From: Fulvivirga sp.
GTDB lineage: Bacteria > Bacteroidota > Bacteroidia > Cytophagales > Cyclobacteriaceae
DNA: 64,000 bases
Direction of reading: 5' to 3'
NCBI GenBank assembly: GCA_048268855.1
Contig: JBLWUR010000006.1
Coordinates: 38,474 to 102,473, forward strand
Shown here: positions 1-8,938 of the stretch, one piece after another
How positions within the stretch are numbered: the first letter of the stretch is position 1
Layout: every line of letters begins with the position of its first letter
Notes under the pieces: generated by a model
The model's input: the letters and a program-made list of their open reading frames with translations, nothing else
Told to the model about the DNA's origin: nothing
The model's database searches: none
Made by a program: the position numbers and the translations under genes

Positions 1-471
1 AACATTCCTAAATACAATCCTAATTTACCTCCTGTTCTGGATATCAACCAAATAGGAAGTATTCTTCCACATAGATATCCTTTTTTACTGATCGATAAAA
101 TCATTCATTTGAGTGACGAAAGTGTATCAGGAATCAAAAATGTAACGCTCAACGAGCACTTTTTCATGGGTCATTTCCCAGGCAACCCAGTGATGCCAGG
201 TGTACTTCAGGTAGAAGCTATGGCTCAAATTGGAGGTATATTGGTATTAAATACTGTTCCTGATCCTGAAAACTATTGGACGTATTTCTTAGGAATTGAG
301 AACTTTAGATTTAGAAAAATGGTTCTGCCGGGTGATACATTGGTTATCAAATGTGACTTATTGGCCCCCATAAAAAGAGGCATAGCTAAAATGACAGGAA
401 AGGCATACGTTGGAAACACTCTTGTATGCGAAGGAACAATGACAGCCAGCATAGTAAGAAAAGACATATGA
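1..471 (+). CDS. fabZ: 3-hydroxyacyl-ACP dehydratase FabZ domain, 5'-truncated by the window; probably the C-terminus of bifunctional LpxC/FabZ
   Basis: Frame 1 is open from base 1: NIPKYNPNLPPVLDINQIGSILPHRYPFLLIDKI...FFMGHFPGNPVMPGVLQVEAMAQ. LPHRYPFLL and HFP..PVMPGV are FabZ motifs. The upstream PKYNPN linker is typical of the Bacteroidota fusion. Directly precedes lpxA. Confidence 0.93.
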   Translation, partial: NIPKYNPNLPPVLDINQIGSILPHRYPFLLIDKIIHLSDESVSGIKNVTLNEHFFMGHFPGNPVMPGVLQVEAMAQIGGILVLNTVPDPENYWTYFLGIENFRFRKMVLPGDTLVIKCDLLAPIKRGIAKMTGKAYVGNTLVCEGTMTASIVRKDI

Positions 472-1247
472 ACCAGCCATTAGCATACATAGACCCACAA
501 GCAAAAATTGCCAGAAACGTTGTTATCGAGCCTTTTTCAACCATTCATAAGAATGTAGTGATAGAAGAAGGCACCTGGATAGGGCCAAACGTTACTATTT
601 TTGAAGGAGCTCATATTGGTAAAAATGTAAAAATATATCCAGGGGCATCCATTTCTTCCGTACCACAAGATCTGAAATATGCAGGTGAAGAAACAGAAAC
701 TTACATAGGCGACAATACTGTTATAAGGGAATATGTGACCATTTCACGAGGTACTGATGATAGGTACAAAACCGTAGTTGGAAACAACTGTCTTTTGATG
801 GCCTATGTGCACGTAGCTCATGATTGTATTATCGGTGATAATTGTATTATCGCCAATGCAGTTCAGATTGCGGGTCATGTAACCATTCACGATCATGCTA
901 TTATTGGGGGATCGAGTGCCATACATCAGTTTGTAAAAGTAGGCTCTCACACTATGTTGTCAGGTGGGTCATTAGTAAGAAAAGATGTGCCGCCCTATAC
1001 TAAAGGAGCACGTGAACCACTTACCTACTGTGGAATCAACTCAATAGGCTTAAGAAGAAGAGGCTTCAGCTCAGAAAAAATCAATGAGATTCAGGAGATT
1101 TATAGATATATATTTTTGAAAGGACTCAACAACTCCAAGGCACTTGACTTGGTTGAACTAGAATTATCACCTTCTAAAGAAAGGGATGAAATCATCAACT
1201 TCATCCGTAGCTCAGACAGAGGGGTGATGAAAGGTTACTCATACTAA
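468..1247 (+). CDS. lpxA: UDP-N-acetylglucosamine O-acyltransferase
   Basis: Hexapeptide repeats and the motifs PQDLKY, REYVTISRGT, MAYVHVAHDC, HQF. ATG at 468 overlaps the fabZ stop (ATGA); the track start at 426 is too far upstream. Confidence 0.96.
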   Translation: MNQPLAYIDPQAKIARNVVIEPFSTIHKNVVIEEGTWIGPNVTIFEGAHIGKNVKIYPGASISSVPQDLKYAGEETETYIGDNTVIREYVTISRGTDDRYKTVVGNNCLLMAYVHVAHDCIIGDNCIIANAVQIAGHVTIHDHAIIGGSSAIHQFVKVGSHTMLSGGSLVRKDVPPYTKGAREPLTYCGINSIGLRRRGFSSEKINEIQEIYRYIFLKGLNNSKALDLVELELSPSKERDEIINFIRSSDRGVMKGYSY

Positions 1248-1253
1248 TTATTG

Positions 1254-1874
1254 ATGCAGGTAAAGCTTGAAAAATTAACGAAGCGATTTAATCGCGAATT
1301 GATTTTCAAGGACCTAAATTTCACTTTTGAATCGAGTAAAAGTTATGCTATAATTGGGCCGAATGGAAGTGGCAAATCTACCCTCCTCCAAATTATAGCA
1401 GGATATACCTTACCTTCCTCTGGTGCAGTGATTTACAATACGGGCTCAAATACGATTGAACCCGAAGAGATTTACAGTTATGTTACTATAGCTGCTCCTT
1501 ATTTAGAAATTATTGAAGAATATACCTTAGTAGAACAGCTGGAGTTTCATTTTAAGTTTAAGAAAATAAGGCCTAATTGTACTATTGACTCAGTTATTAA
1601 GGCAGCGGATTTTGAAGGAGTAGAGCACAAGTTTATCAAGAATTTTTCTTCAGGAATGAAGCAACGACTAAAACTTGCAATGGCCTTTTATTCAGAATCT
1701 GATATACTTTTATTGGATGAACCAACTTCTAATCTTGACCAAAAAGGAATAGCCTGGTACCAGACACACTTAACCAATATCCATGATAGGTTAATAATTA
1801 TTGCATCAAATCAAGAATATGAATATATTACGGCTACAGAACACTTAAACATAATGGATTACAAACAAACCTGA
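1254..1874 (+). CDS. ABC transporter ATP-binding protein (stand-alone)
   Basis: Walker A GPNGSGKST, signature FSSGMKQR, Walker B LLLDEPTSNLD; no permease gene adjacent. Confidence 0.9.
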   Translation: MQVKLEKLTKRFNRELIFKDLNFTFESSKSYAIIGPNGSGKSTLLQIIAGYTLPSSGAVIYNTGSNTIEPEEIYSYVTIAAPYLEIIEEYTLVEQLEFHFKFKKIRPNCTIDSVIKAADFEGVEHKFIKNFSSGMKQRLKLAMAFYSESDILLLDEPTSNLDQKGIAWYQTHLTNIHDRLIIIASNQEYEYITATEHLNIMDYKQT

Positions 1875-2009
1875 TTAGGTTACCAAAGTAAAAATAGAAG
1901 TATACAATTAGGCTTTAGTACTTATTATATTTAAAATAAATGCGTACTTTAGTTTTTTAAACACAAACAAAAGAATTTCAACTTATAATAAATTTCAAAT
2001 TCGATCTCA

Positions 2010-2495
2010 ATGAAAAATTTAAATTATTTTCTTAGTCTAGCTGTATTAGTTATCATTTTGGCCAGTGCTGGATGTGGCGGTAGCGATGGACCAGGTGTAC
2101 CAGCTGACGATCAGGTAGGAACAAAATTCGCCTCTGCATGGAATGCAACTAGTGTCGTATTTGAAACTACTCAAGACAGATCTACTGATTACGCAAATTT
2201 TGTTCTAACTATTGGATACAATGCGGAAACCAATGAAGGATCTTATAGTATTTCAGGTGGACCAACAGACGGAACAAAACCATTTGCCTCTAGTGGAACA
2301 TGGACTTTTGATGGCACAATTGCTGACCCAAGTGTTACATTTTTTAACGTTTTGAGAAATGATGGTTTAGTTATGAAAATTGAGCAACTAACTGATACTA
2401 ATCTTCAAATGTCATTTTCATTTGATCCTGCAGATCATGAAAGTTCAAGAACAGAAGCTGTTGAAGGAACATGGGTGTTTGGTTTTATCAAATAA
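2010..2495 (+). CDS. Lipoprotein of unknown function (lipocalin-like beta-barrel type)
   Basis: Signal peptide with lipobox SAG-C; beta-rich body with SGTWTF and GTWVF motifs; followed by a terminator. Confidence 0.75.
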   Translation: MKNLNYFLSLAVLVIILASAGCGGSDGPGVPADDQVGTKFASAWNATSVVFETTQDRSTDYANFVLTIGYNAETNEGSYSISGGPTDGTKPFASSGTWTFDGTIADPSVTFFNVLRNDGLVMKIEQLTDTNLQMSFSFDPADHESSRTEAVEGTWVFGFIK

Positions 2496-2512
2496 TCATC
2501 ACAACAAAAATC

Positions 2513-2546
2513 ATAAAAAAAGGCCTCAATTGAGGCCTTTTTTTAT
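2513..2546. terminator. Bidirectional intrinsic terminator
   Basis: Perfect 34-bp palindrome ATAAAAAAAGGCCTCAA-TTGAGGCCTTTTTTTAT between convergent genes, with a T7 tract on each strand. Confidence 0.92.
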
Positions 2547-2581
2547 GCATTATAAATCCGTTACAGATACCTTACACCCCA

Positions 2582-4969
2582 TTACTTTAAGTTGATCACT
2601 GTAATGCCTGCCCCACCCCTATCAATTTGCTCATCTTGGGCCGAGGCCACAAAACTTTGAGATTTCGCATGATTTCTTACCACTTCTCGGAGCACACCAT
2701 TTCCCTTTCCATGAAGAATTCTTACTTCATCCAGTCCAAATAAAATAGCATCATCTAAAAACCGATCTAACTCGCTCATCACTTCTTCAGCTCGTTTTCC
2801 CCGTAAGTCCAAGGTAGTGTTAAAATTCACTAGCTTGTCCGTCATGTTCAATCCATGGGTGGATCTTACTTTTTCCTTCTGTATCGTCTTATCCTGTCCT
2901 TTAGAAATCCGTATAAGCCGCTCCAATTTCACCTTAGACTTCAATAAACCAATCTGGACTTCAGCATCCTTACCCTTAATGGCTAATATGGTAGCCGTCA
3001 CGTCCTGATCAGTTAACTTAACCAGATCACCTGGCACTAATGGCTTGTCTGTCCTGTTAACTCTTAGCGGCTTAGGCACCACTTTCGGTTCTTCAACTTT
3101 ATCCTTTAAATTCTGAAGTCGCTCACGTGCTTTCTTCGTTTCAGCTTTATGAGCACTGTTAGCCTTAATGTGTCTTATGGTTTTTTCTATTTCCCTATTA
3201 GTGTCTTTCAACAGTCGAGAGGCCTCTTCTTTGGCCTTTGAAATAATATCCTTCTTATTTAGTTCGAGCTTCTCTAACAAACTTTTATAATCATGCTCCA
3301 ATCTTTTTACTTCACGCTCCCGATCTCTTAGTTTTTCGTCTCTTTCTTTCACCAATTGCTTCTGTCGCTCAAGTTTCATCAGTAGATCGTCTACATCAAT
3401 GTTTTTATCTCCAATTGCAGTTTTAGCATAGTCAAGTAAGTCTTTTGGCAAACCGGTTTTACGTGCTACTTCCAAAGAAAAAGAACTGCCCGGTTTACCA
3501 ACATCAAGTTGGAACATCGGTTCTAACTTGTTCATATCAAAACGCATAGCGCCATTCACAAGCCCAGCCGTGCGCTCGGTGAAGCTCTTTATATTACTAT
3601 AGTGGGTGGTGATCACACCAAAAGTCTTCTTCGCATTTAGCTCTTTTAATATAGCCTCTGCAATAGGACCACCAAATTGAGGGTCCGTTCCCGTTCCAAA
3701 TTCATCAATTAAACAAAGCGATTCTTTATTAGACTGCTCTATAAAAAACTTCATGCTTTTTAGATGAGAACTGTAGGTACTCAAATCATTTTCCAATGAT
3801 TGTTCGTCACCAATGTCAATGAAAATATTATCGAAAACACCGGCTTCAGAGCCTTGATCGAGAGGTACCAATAGTCCACATTGTAACATGTACTGGATCA
3901 AGCCAACCGTTTTTAAGCTCACCGACTTTCCACCGGCATTGGGCCCTGAAATAACAATGATGCGTTCTTCCGTTTGTAGTTGGATTGAGAGTGGAACAAT
4001 TGTTCTGCCTTCTTTCTCCAATGCAAGTTTCAATAATGGATGTGTTGCATTTTTCCATTGCACCAATGGATTTTTGTGTAATGGAGGTTTAATCCCCTCT
4101 ATATCTTTTGAAAACCGTGCCTTTGCTCTAATAAAATCTATTTTCCCTAGAAATGAATACCCTTCCTTTAGATTAGGTAGGTTGAGCCTTATGGTATCGG
4201 TAAGTTGAATTAATATCTTTATTACCTCACGTTTTTCTGCATATTCAAACTCACGAATTTCGTTATTGCCTTCCAATATGGAAGTAGGTTCCATGTAGAT
4301 GGTACCTCCAGTTGAGGATTCATCATGGATAAAACCGCTAATTCGCTTTTTATATTCTGCCAATACTGGAATAACCATCCGGCCATCTCTGACCGTAATT
4401 GAAGACCCACTAGGTACTAGCCCATCTTCAACCGCCTTTTTATATATTGACTGCATCGATTTTCGTACCTGATTGTACCTGTTCCTTAAATTATGACGAA
4501 TATCCTGTAAGGCTTTTGTCGCATTATCCTTTACACGGCCATCAAGGTCTATCTTCTCGGCAATGGCATTTCCTATGGCTCCATCCACTTCTATATTTGC
4601 GGAAAGCAAGCTTAAATTGGGGTAGGTCTCCTTCTTTAATTTTAGAAAGTGAATACATTTAACAATAGTCTCCAATGATTTACTGATATCCAATAGTTCC
4701 AACTCAGATAAAAAAGTCCCTTCGGTGGTACATTTTTTCAATAAATCAGTGACATCTATATAATTTGAAGCTGGGAATGTATCTCCAGAGATTAGTATCC
4801 TCTGAAATTCATTGGTTTGATCAAGGAGTTTAACAATGAGTTCATAATTAGCGGTGAATCGCATTTGGTCTGCTACCGAAGTGCCTAAGGTGGAGGCGCA
4901 CCTGCTCTTGACAAGTGCTCTGATCTTATCAAATCCTAATTTTTCCTCTATATCGTTTGGGTAAAGCAC
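2582..4969 (-). CDS. mutS2: Endonuclease MutS2 (ribosome collision factor family) with C-terminal Smr domain
   Basis: KLGFDKIR N-terminus, Walker A SGPNAGGKS, DIGDEQS, DEFGTGTDP, TTHY, Smr motif LDLRG...ILHGKGNGVLR; GTG start. Confidence 0.95.
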   Translation of the reverse strand: MLYPNDIEEKLGFDKIRALVKSRCASTLGTSVADQMRFTANYELIVKLLDQTNEFQRILISGDTFPASNYIDVTDLLKKCTTEGTFLSELELLDISKSLETIVKCIHFLKLKKETYPNLSLLSANIEVDGAIGNAIAEKIDLDGRVKDNATKALQDIRHNLRNRYNQVRKSMQSIYKKAVEDGLVPSGSSITVRDGRMVIPVLAEYKKRISGFIHDESSTGGTIYMEPTSILEGNNEIREFEYAEKREVIKILIQLTDTIRLNLPNLKEGYSFLGKIDFIRAKARFSKDIEGIKPPLHKNPLVQWKNATHPLLKLALEKEGRTIVPLSIQLQTEERIIVISGPNAGGKSVSLKTVGLIQYMLQCGLLVPLDQGSEAGVFDNIFIDIGDEQSLENDLSTYSSHLKSMKFFIEQSNKESLCLIDEFGTGTDPQFGGPIAEAILKELNAKKTFGVITTHYSNIKSFTERTAGLVNGAMRFDMNKLEPMFQLDVGKPGSSFSLEVARKTGLPKDLLDYAKTAIGDKNIDVDDLLMKLERQKQLVKERDEKLRDREREVKRLEHDYKSLLEKLELNKKDIISKAKEEASRLLKDTNREIEKTIRHIKANSAHKAETKKARERLQNLKDKVEEPKVVPKPLRVNRTDKPLVPGDLVKLTDQDVTATILAIKGKDAEVQIGLLKSKVKLERLIRISKGQDKTIQKEKVRSTHGLNMTDKLVNFNTTLDLRGKRAEEVMSELDRFLDDAILFGLDEVRILHGKGNGVLREVVRNHAKSQSFVASAQDEQIDRGGAGITVINLK

Positions 4970-5356
4970 TTATTTATTCTTGGCTTTTTTTCTAACTATA
5001 GAATCCGCTTTTGCTCGGATGTTTTTCAATCTAGATTCTCTTTTTGTAAGTGTATCTAAAATTGCCTCGTAAATAATCTCCAATTGATCGGCATGATCAT
5101 AATAGTAGGTCAAGCTCTTCTTATATTTCTCATGATCTACATTTAGTGAATCATAAATCAACTCCTCATAGGTTCTAAATATGCTAGCTGTGGTATCTCT
5201 ATTTATCCTCAACTCGGTTAATTGGCTCTCAGCCAAATAGATATCCAACAAAACTGGCACCATCTCATTTGGCTTCATTATGTCTTTTGGTATATCTTCA
5301 GTTCGCTTGCAACATACAATCATTAGGCAAGCAAATAATAAAATAATTATTCTCAT
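4970..5356 (-). CDS. DUF4296 domain lipoprotein
   Basis: Signal peptide with Cys; MVPVLLDIYLAE...KSLTYY pattern typical of DUF4296; abuts mutS2. Confidence 0.75.
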   Translation of the reverse strand: MRIIILLFACLMIVCCKRTEDIPKDIMKPNEMVPVLLDIYLAESQLTELRINRDTTASIFRTYEELIYDSLNVDHEKYKKSLTYYYDHADQLEIIYEAILDTLTKRESRLKNIRAKADSIVRKKAKNK

Positions 5357-5478
5357 TTTTTTAATCTTTTGAGCTTTTTAACCGTTGATAAAGTTTGTTG
5401 GTCTTTTGATCATCGATATTTTTTCAATACAAGTATTATTCCACAAATTTGTGACATCAATAAGCTAATATTGAGCCA

Positions 5479-6357
5479 ATGAAGGAACTCCTTAAGAAGC
5501 TTCGAAAATACGAAATACAAATAAGAAAGGCTATCAACAGTCAAATGCAGGGAGACTTTCATTCGATTTTCAAGGGATCTGGATTGGAATTCGATGATGT
5601 GCGTACCTATCAATATGGTGATGATATAAGAACCATAGATTGGAATGTTAGTGCAAAAGGCCAAGGAACGTTTGTAAAGACCTTTAAAGAGGAAAAAGAA
5701 CAAACTGTGTTTTTCATACTTGATGTGAGTGCTTCACAGGAAATTGGAGATGATGGCAAGCAAAAATTAGATATCGGTAAGGAAATTTGTGGTGTTTTAG
5801 CACTATCAGCAGCCAAAGAAGGTAGTCAGGTAGGTTTTGTTGGGTTCTCTGACAAAAAAGAAAAATATCTAAAGCCAAGTAAAGGAGCAAAACATGCCTA
5901 TGAGCTCATTCATAGTCTGGTACATCTGAAACCTGAGTCAGTAAAAACTGATTTAAGCAAGGCTATACTTTTCACTCTCAATACCCTTAAGCGTAGAAGT
6001 GTAATGGTATTTATCTCTGACTTTATAGATGAAGACTATTTTCACAACCTGAAGGGAATGGCTCGAAAACACGATGTGGTGGCCATAAGAATCACCGATA
6101 AAAGAGAGACACGTCTGCCTAAATTAGGCATTGTACCTGTATACGATAAAGAAAGTAAAAAAACCGTTTGGGTAAATACTTCATTTGGAAATTTCAGATC
6201 AAAGGTAAAAAGTAACTATGCAGATAAGGAAAAAGAACTAACATTGTTTGCAAAAAAACATCAAATCAACTTTATATCAGTTGATACAGATGAAGATTAT
6301 GTACCCAAACTCATCAAATTATTTAAGATCAGAAATAAATCATTTAAAAGTGTTTAG
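5479..6357 (+). CDS. DUF58 domain protein (MoxR/VWA-associated)
   Basis: FKGSGLEFDDVRTYQYGDDIRTIDWNVSA, LDVSAS, ISDF motifs. Confidence 0.92.
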   Translation: MKELLKKLRKYEIQIRKAINSQMQGDFHSIFKGSGLEFDDVRTYQYGDDIRTIDWNVSAKGQGTFVKTFKEEKEQTVFFILDVSASQEIGDDGKQKLDIGKEICGVLALSAAKEGSQVGFVGFSDKKEKYLKPSKGAKHAYELIHSLVHLKPESVKTDLSKAILFTLNTLKRRSVMVFISDFIDEDYFHNLKGMARKHDVVAIRITDKRETRLPKLGIVPVYDKESKKTVWVNTSFGNFRSKVKSNYADKEKELTLFAKKHQINFISVDTDEDYVPKLIKLFKIRNKSFKSV

Positions 6358-7255
6358 AAATTTTGTTTTTGGCTCTCTGGTACTTTTACTGTTTCCACTT
6401 AGTTCTTCGGCACAAGAAAAAGAAGTCATCGCTAAAGGATATTTTCTCGAGGACAGCATTAAAATTGGAATAAGTTCGCCCTACGTTTTAACAGCAAAAT
6501 ACCCGATTAACAAGGATGTTGTTTTTCCTGATTCGTTGTATGACTACAAACCCTTTGAACTTGGAGAAAAAATATATTTTCCAACCAAGTCAGATACAAA
6601 GTATAGTTACGACAGCGCAGTATATTACCTAACTACTTTCGAAATAGACAGTGTACAGTACTACCAACTGCCTGTCTATATGGTCTCTGGTAATGATAGT
6701 ATGAAAATACTTGTAGTTAGAGACTCAATACTTCTGACCCAACTTGTTAAGGAAATACCGGATTCAGTGGCTGCCGAAGCTATGCCCCTAATAGAAAATA
6801 CAACCTTTAAAAATGTAAGGTTGGCCTTTAATTATCCTTATCTGATAGCAGGCCTATGCCTCCTCCTTGTAGTTTTTTTGGTCATTTTGATCTTCTTTGG
6901 GAAGCGAATTCGCCAGTGGTTTGTGTTAAAACGATTGAACAGAAAACACCTTCAGTTTTTAAGTAAGTTTGATAATTTACTATATAACGAAAAAAATGGA
7001 CATGACTTTTATGAACATGTTCTGCAACTATGGAAAAAATACCTAGAGGATCTGGAAGGCAAGCCCTACACTAAAATGACAACCAAAGAACTCTCTAAAT
7101 TTGATCATATTGCAACAATTGCGCCCCTTCTTGGATTGATTGATAAAGCCATATATGGTAAACAAAACGGCATTGAAAATAAGGAGTTGGATCAGTTTAG
7201 ATCTTATTCGCAAGAGCGATATGAAGTAAAAATAAAGGAGGTGAAAAATGGATAA
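6350..7255 (+). CDS. Bat-locus membrane-anchored protein
   Basis: Signal peptide after GTG 6350, one TM helix (YLIAGLCLLLVVFLVILIFFG), YLE...TTKE C-terminal pattern; lies between DUF58 and batA. Track start 6248 overlaps DUF58 and is unlikely. Confidence 0.7.
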   Translation: MFRNFVFGSLVLLLFPLSSSAQEKEVIAKGYFLEDSIKIGISSPYVLTAKYPINKDVVFPDSLYDYKPFELGEKIYFPTKSDTKYSYDSAVYYLTTFEIDSVQYYQLPVYMVSGNDSMKILVVRDSILLTQLVKEIPDSVAAEAMPLIENTTFKNVRLAFNYPYLIAGLCLLLVVFLVILIFFGKRIRQWFVLKRLNRKHLQFLSKFDNLLYNEKNGHDFYEHVLQLWKKYLEDLEGKPYTKMTTKELSKFDHIATIAPLLGLIDKAIYGKQNGIENKELDQFRSYSQERYEVKIKEVKNG

Positions 7256-8297
7256 ATCAGCATCTGTACTACCTTGGTATTCGTTTGATAATTTTTCACC
7301 AGCTATCCTGCAAAACTACAATTGGGAATTCAGCCTTGTGTTGTATGCCCTTTTGGCCATTCCATTGTTCTTTATAGCTCGTTGGATAATCCGCTACTAT
7401 TTAAACCAAAAACTTCCTGTTGCCTTTACCAAAAGTCAAGTAGTTTCTAACCCGTTGAATGTGATCAGACTTCTGCCTGATCTACTCATGATAATGGTTG
7501 TCGCATTGATCATTGTAGCCCTGGCTCGACCACAAAAAACAAATGAAAAAGTAGAGCAGTGGACAGAAGGTATCGATATCATGCTAGTAATTGATATTTC
7601 CCAGTCTATGCAAATTGAGGACTTTGTGCCTAATAGACTGGAGGCGGCTAAAAAAGTGGCTGAGAATTTCATAGATGGGCGAATGCAAGATCGTATAGGC
7701 ATAGTGGTCTTTTCAGGTGATGCTTACTCACTATCTCCCCTTACCACTGATTATGACCTATTGAAGTCTTATATCGATGATATTGACTTCGATATGATAG
7801 AAAATAGAGGTACTGCCATTGGTAGTGCACTTGCTGTGGCTACTAATAGAATGACCGAAACTGATTCAAAATCTAAAGTCTGCATTTTGTTAAGTGATGG
7901 AGACAACACAGCAGGTAATATTGACCCCATAACTGCGGCTAAATTGGCGGCTGCCTATAGTATAAAGACTTATTCTATTGCTATAGGTAAAGAAGGCAAA
8001 GTGCCTTTTGGAAAGGACTTTTTTGGCCGACCTCGGATGGTTGAAAACACTATGGATGAAACCACTTTAAGAGAAATCGCTAGAATAGGTGGGGGTAAAT
8101 TTTTCAGGGCATCAAACAATGAAGCTTTATCAGAAGTGTTTCAACTCATTGATAAATACGAGAAAGCAGAAATCAAAGAAACTCGCTACAAAGACACTAC
8201 GGATTTTTATCGCAATTATTTGATGTGGGCTTTGGTATTGTTCCTTTTCTGGATGCTTTTAAAATCCACATTCATCTCAAACATACTTCAGGATTAA
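7248..8297 (+). CDS. batA: VWA domain protein BatA
   Basis: ALARPQ, MIDAS motif DISQSM, RIGIVVFSG, GTAIGSAL, LSDG, TLREIARIGGGKFFRA; C-terminal TM helix. Confidence 0.85.
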   Translation: MDKSASVLPWYSFDNFSPAILQNYNWEFSLVLYALLAIPLFFIARWIIRYYLNQKLPVAFTKSQVVSNPLNVIRLLPDLLMIMVVALIIVALARPQKTNEKVEQWTEGIDIMLVIDISQSMQIEDFVPNRLEAAKKVAENFIDGRMQDRIGIVVFSGDAYSLSPLTTDYDLLKSYIDDIDFDMIENRGTAIGSALAVATNRMTETDSKSKVCILLSDGDNTAGNIDPITAAKLAAAYSIKTYSIAIGKEGKVPFGKDFFGRPRMVENTMDETTLREIARIGGGKFFRASNNEALSEVFQLIDKYEKAEIKETRYKDTTDFYRNYLMWALVLFLFWMLLKSTFISNILQD

Positions 8298-8329
8298 TTG
8301 GCGGTCGTTGACAAAACCAACAAAGGCAG

Positions 8330-8938
8330 CTACCACGAATAAGTTGCCATCCTTATAGCAAAAAGGATAAAAGCGATACCTACTGTGATATTCAGTATTT
8401 TAATAACTCTGTCATTTATCCATTTTGACAACTTATTGGCCAAGTGAGCTTTGATTAGATCTGTAATAAAAACAACACTAACGATGGATACAAAAAATGC
8501 CACCAATTCATATCCACTGTAACCATATTTTACTTTGGCAATACTCATGGTTCCCATCCAAAAGATAGGGACAAAGGGACTAATTGCATTGATTAAAAAG
8601 CCTTTGATAATATATCTAAAAACTCCTTTTATCTCTTCAGCGTCTTTTCTTTTTTCAATACGTTTGTTGGCCTTTAATATGTTGGCCACTCCAAATACTA
8701 GTAATATAAAAGAACCTACATAGCTTATTAGTTCTTCATTTTCTTCAAATCCAACAACTGTTGAAAATCCAAAATAGGTAATCAAAATCAATGCTAAGTC
8801 GCCAATACTTACCCCAACTGCTACTAGGGCCGCTTTGCCAAAGCCTTTTTCTATGCTGGTTTGAATAACTGTGAAAAAAATTGGCCCGACCATCACTGAG
8901 AGTGTGAGCCCAAAAAGTATTCCGTGAAAAATCTCCAT
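8330..8938 (-). CDS. LysE/RhtB-family translocator
   Basis: GLTLSVMVGPIFFTVIQTSIEKGF, GDL, GFLINAISP, multiple TM helices. ATG overlaps the GH3 stop (TAATG). Confidence 0.88.
   Translation of the reverse strand: MEIFHGILFGLTLSVMVGPIFFTVIQTSIEKGFGKAALVAVGVSIGDLALILITYFGFSTVVGFEENEELISYVGSFILLVFGVANILKANKRIEKRKDAEEIKGVFRYIIKGFLINAISPFVPIFWMGTMSIAKVKYGYSGYELVAFFVSIVSVVFITDLIKAHLANKLSKWINDRVIKILNITVGIAFILFAIRMATYSW

Noticed and set aside
2513-2546. Perfect 34-bp palindrome as a cruciform or mobile-element end
   Set aside because: Fully explained as a bidirectional terminator between convergent genes.
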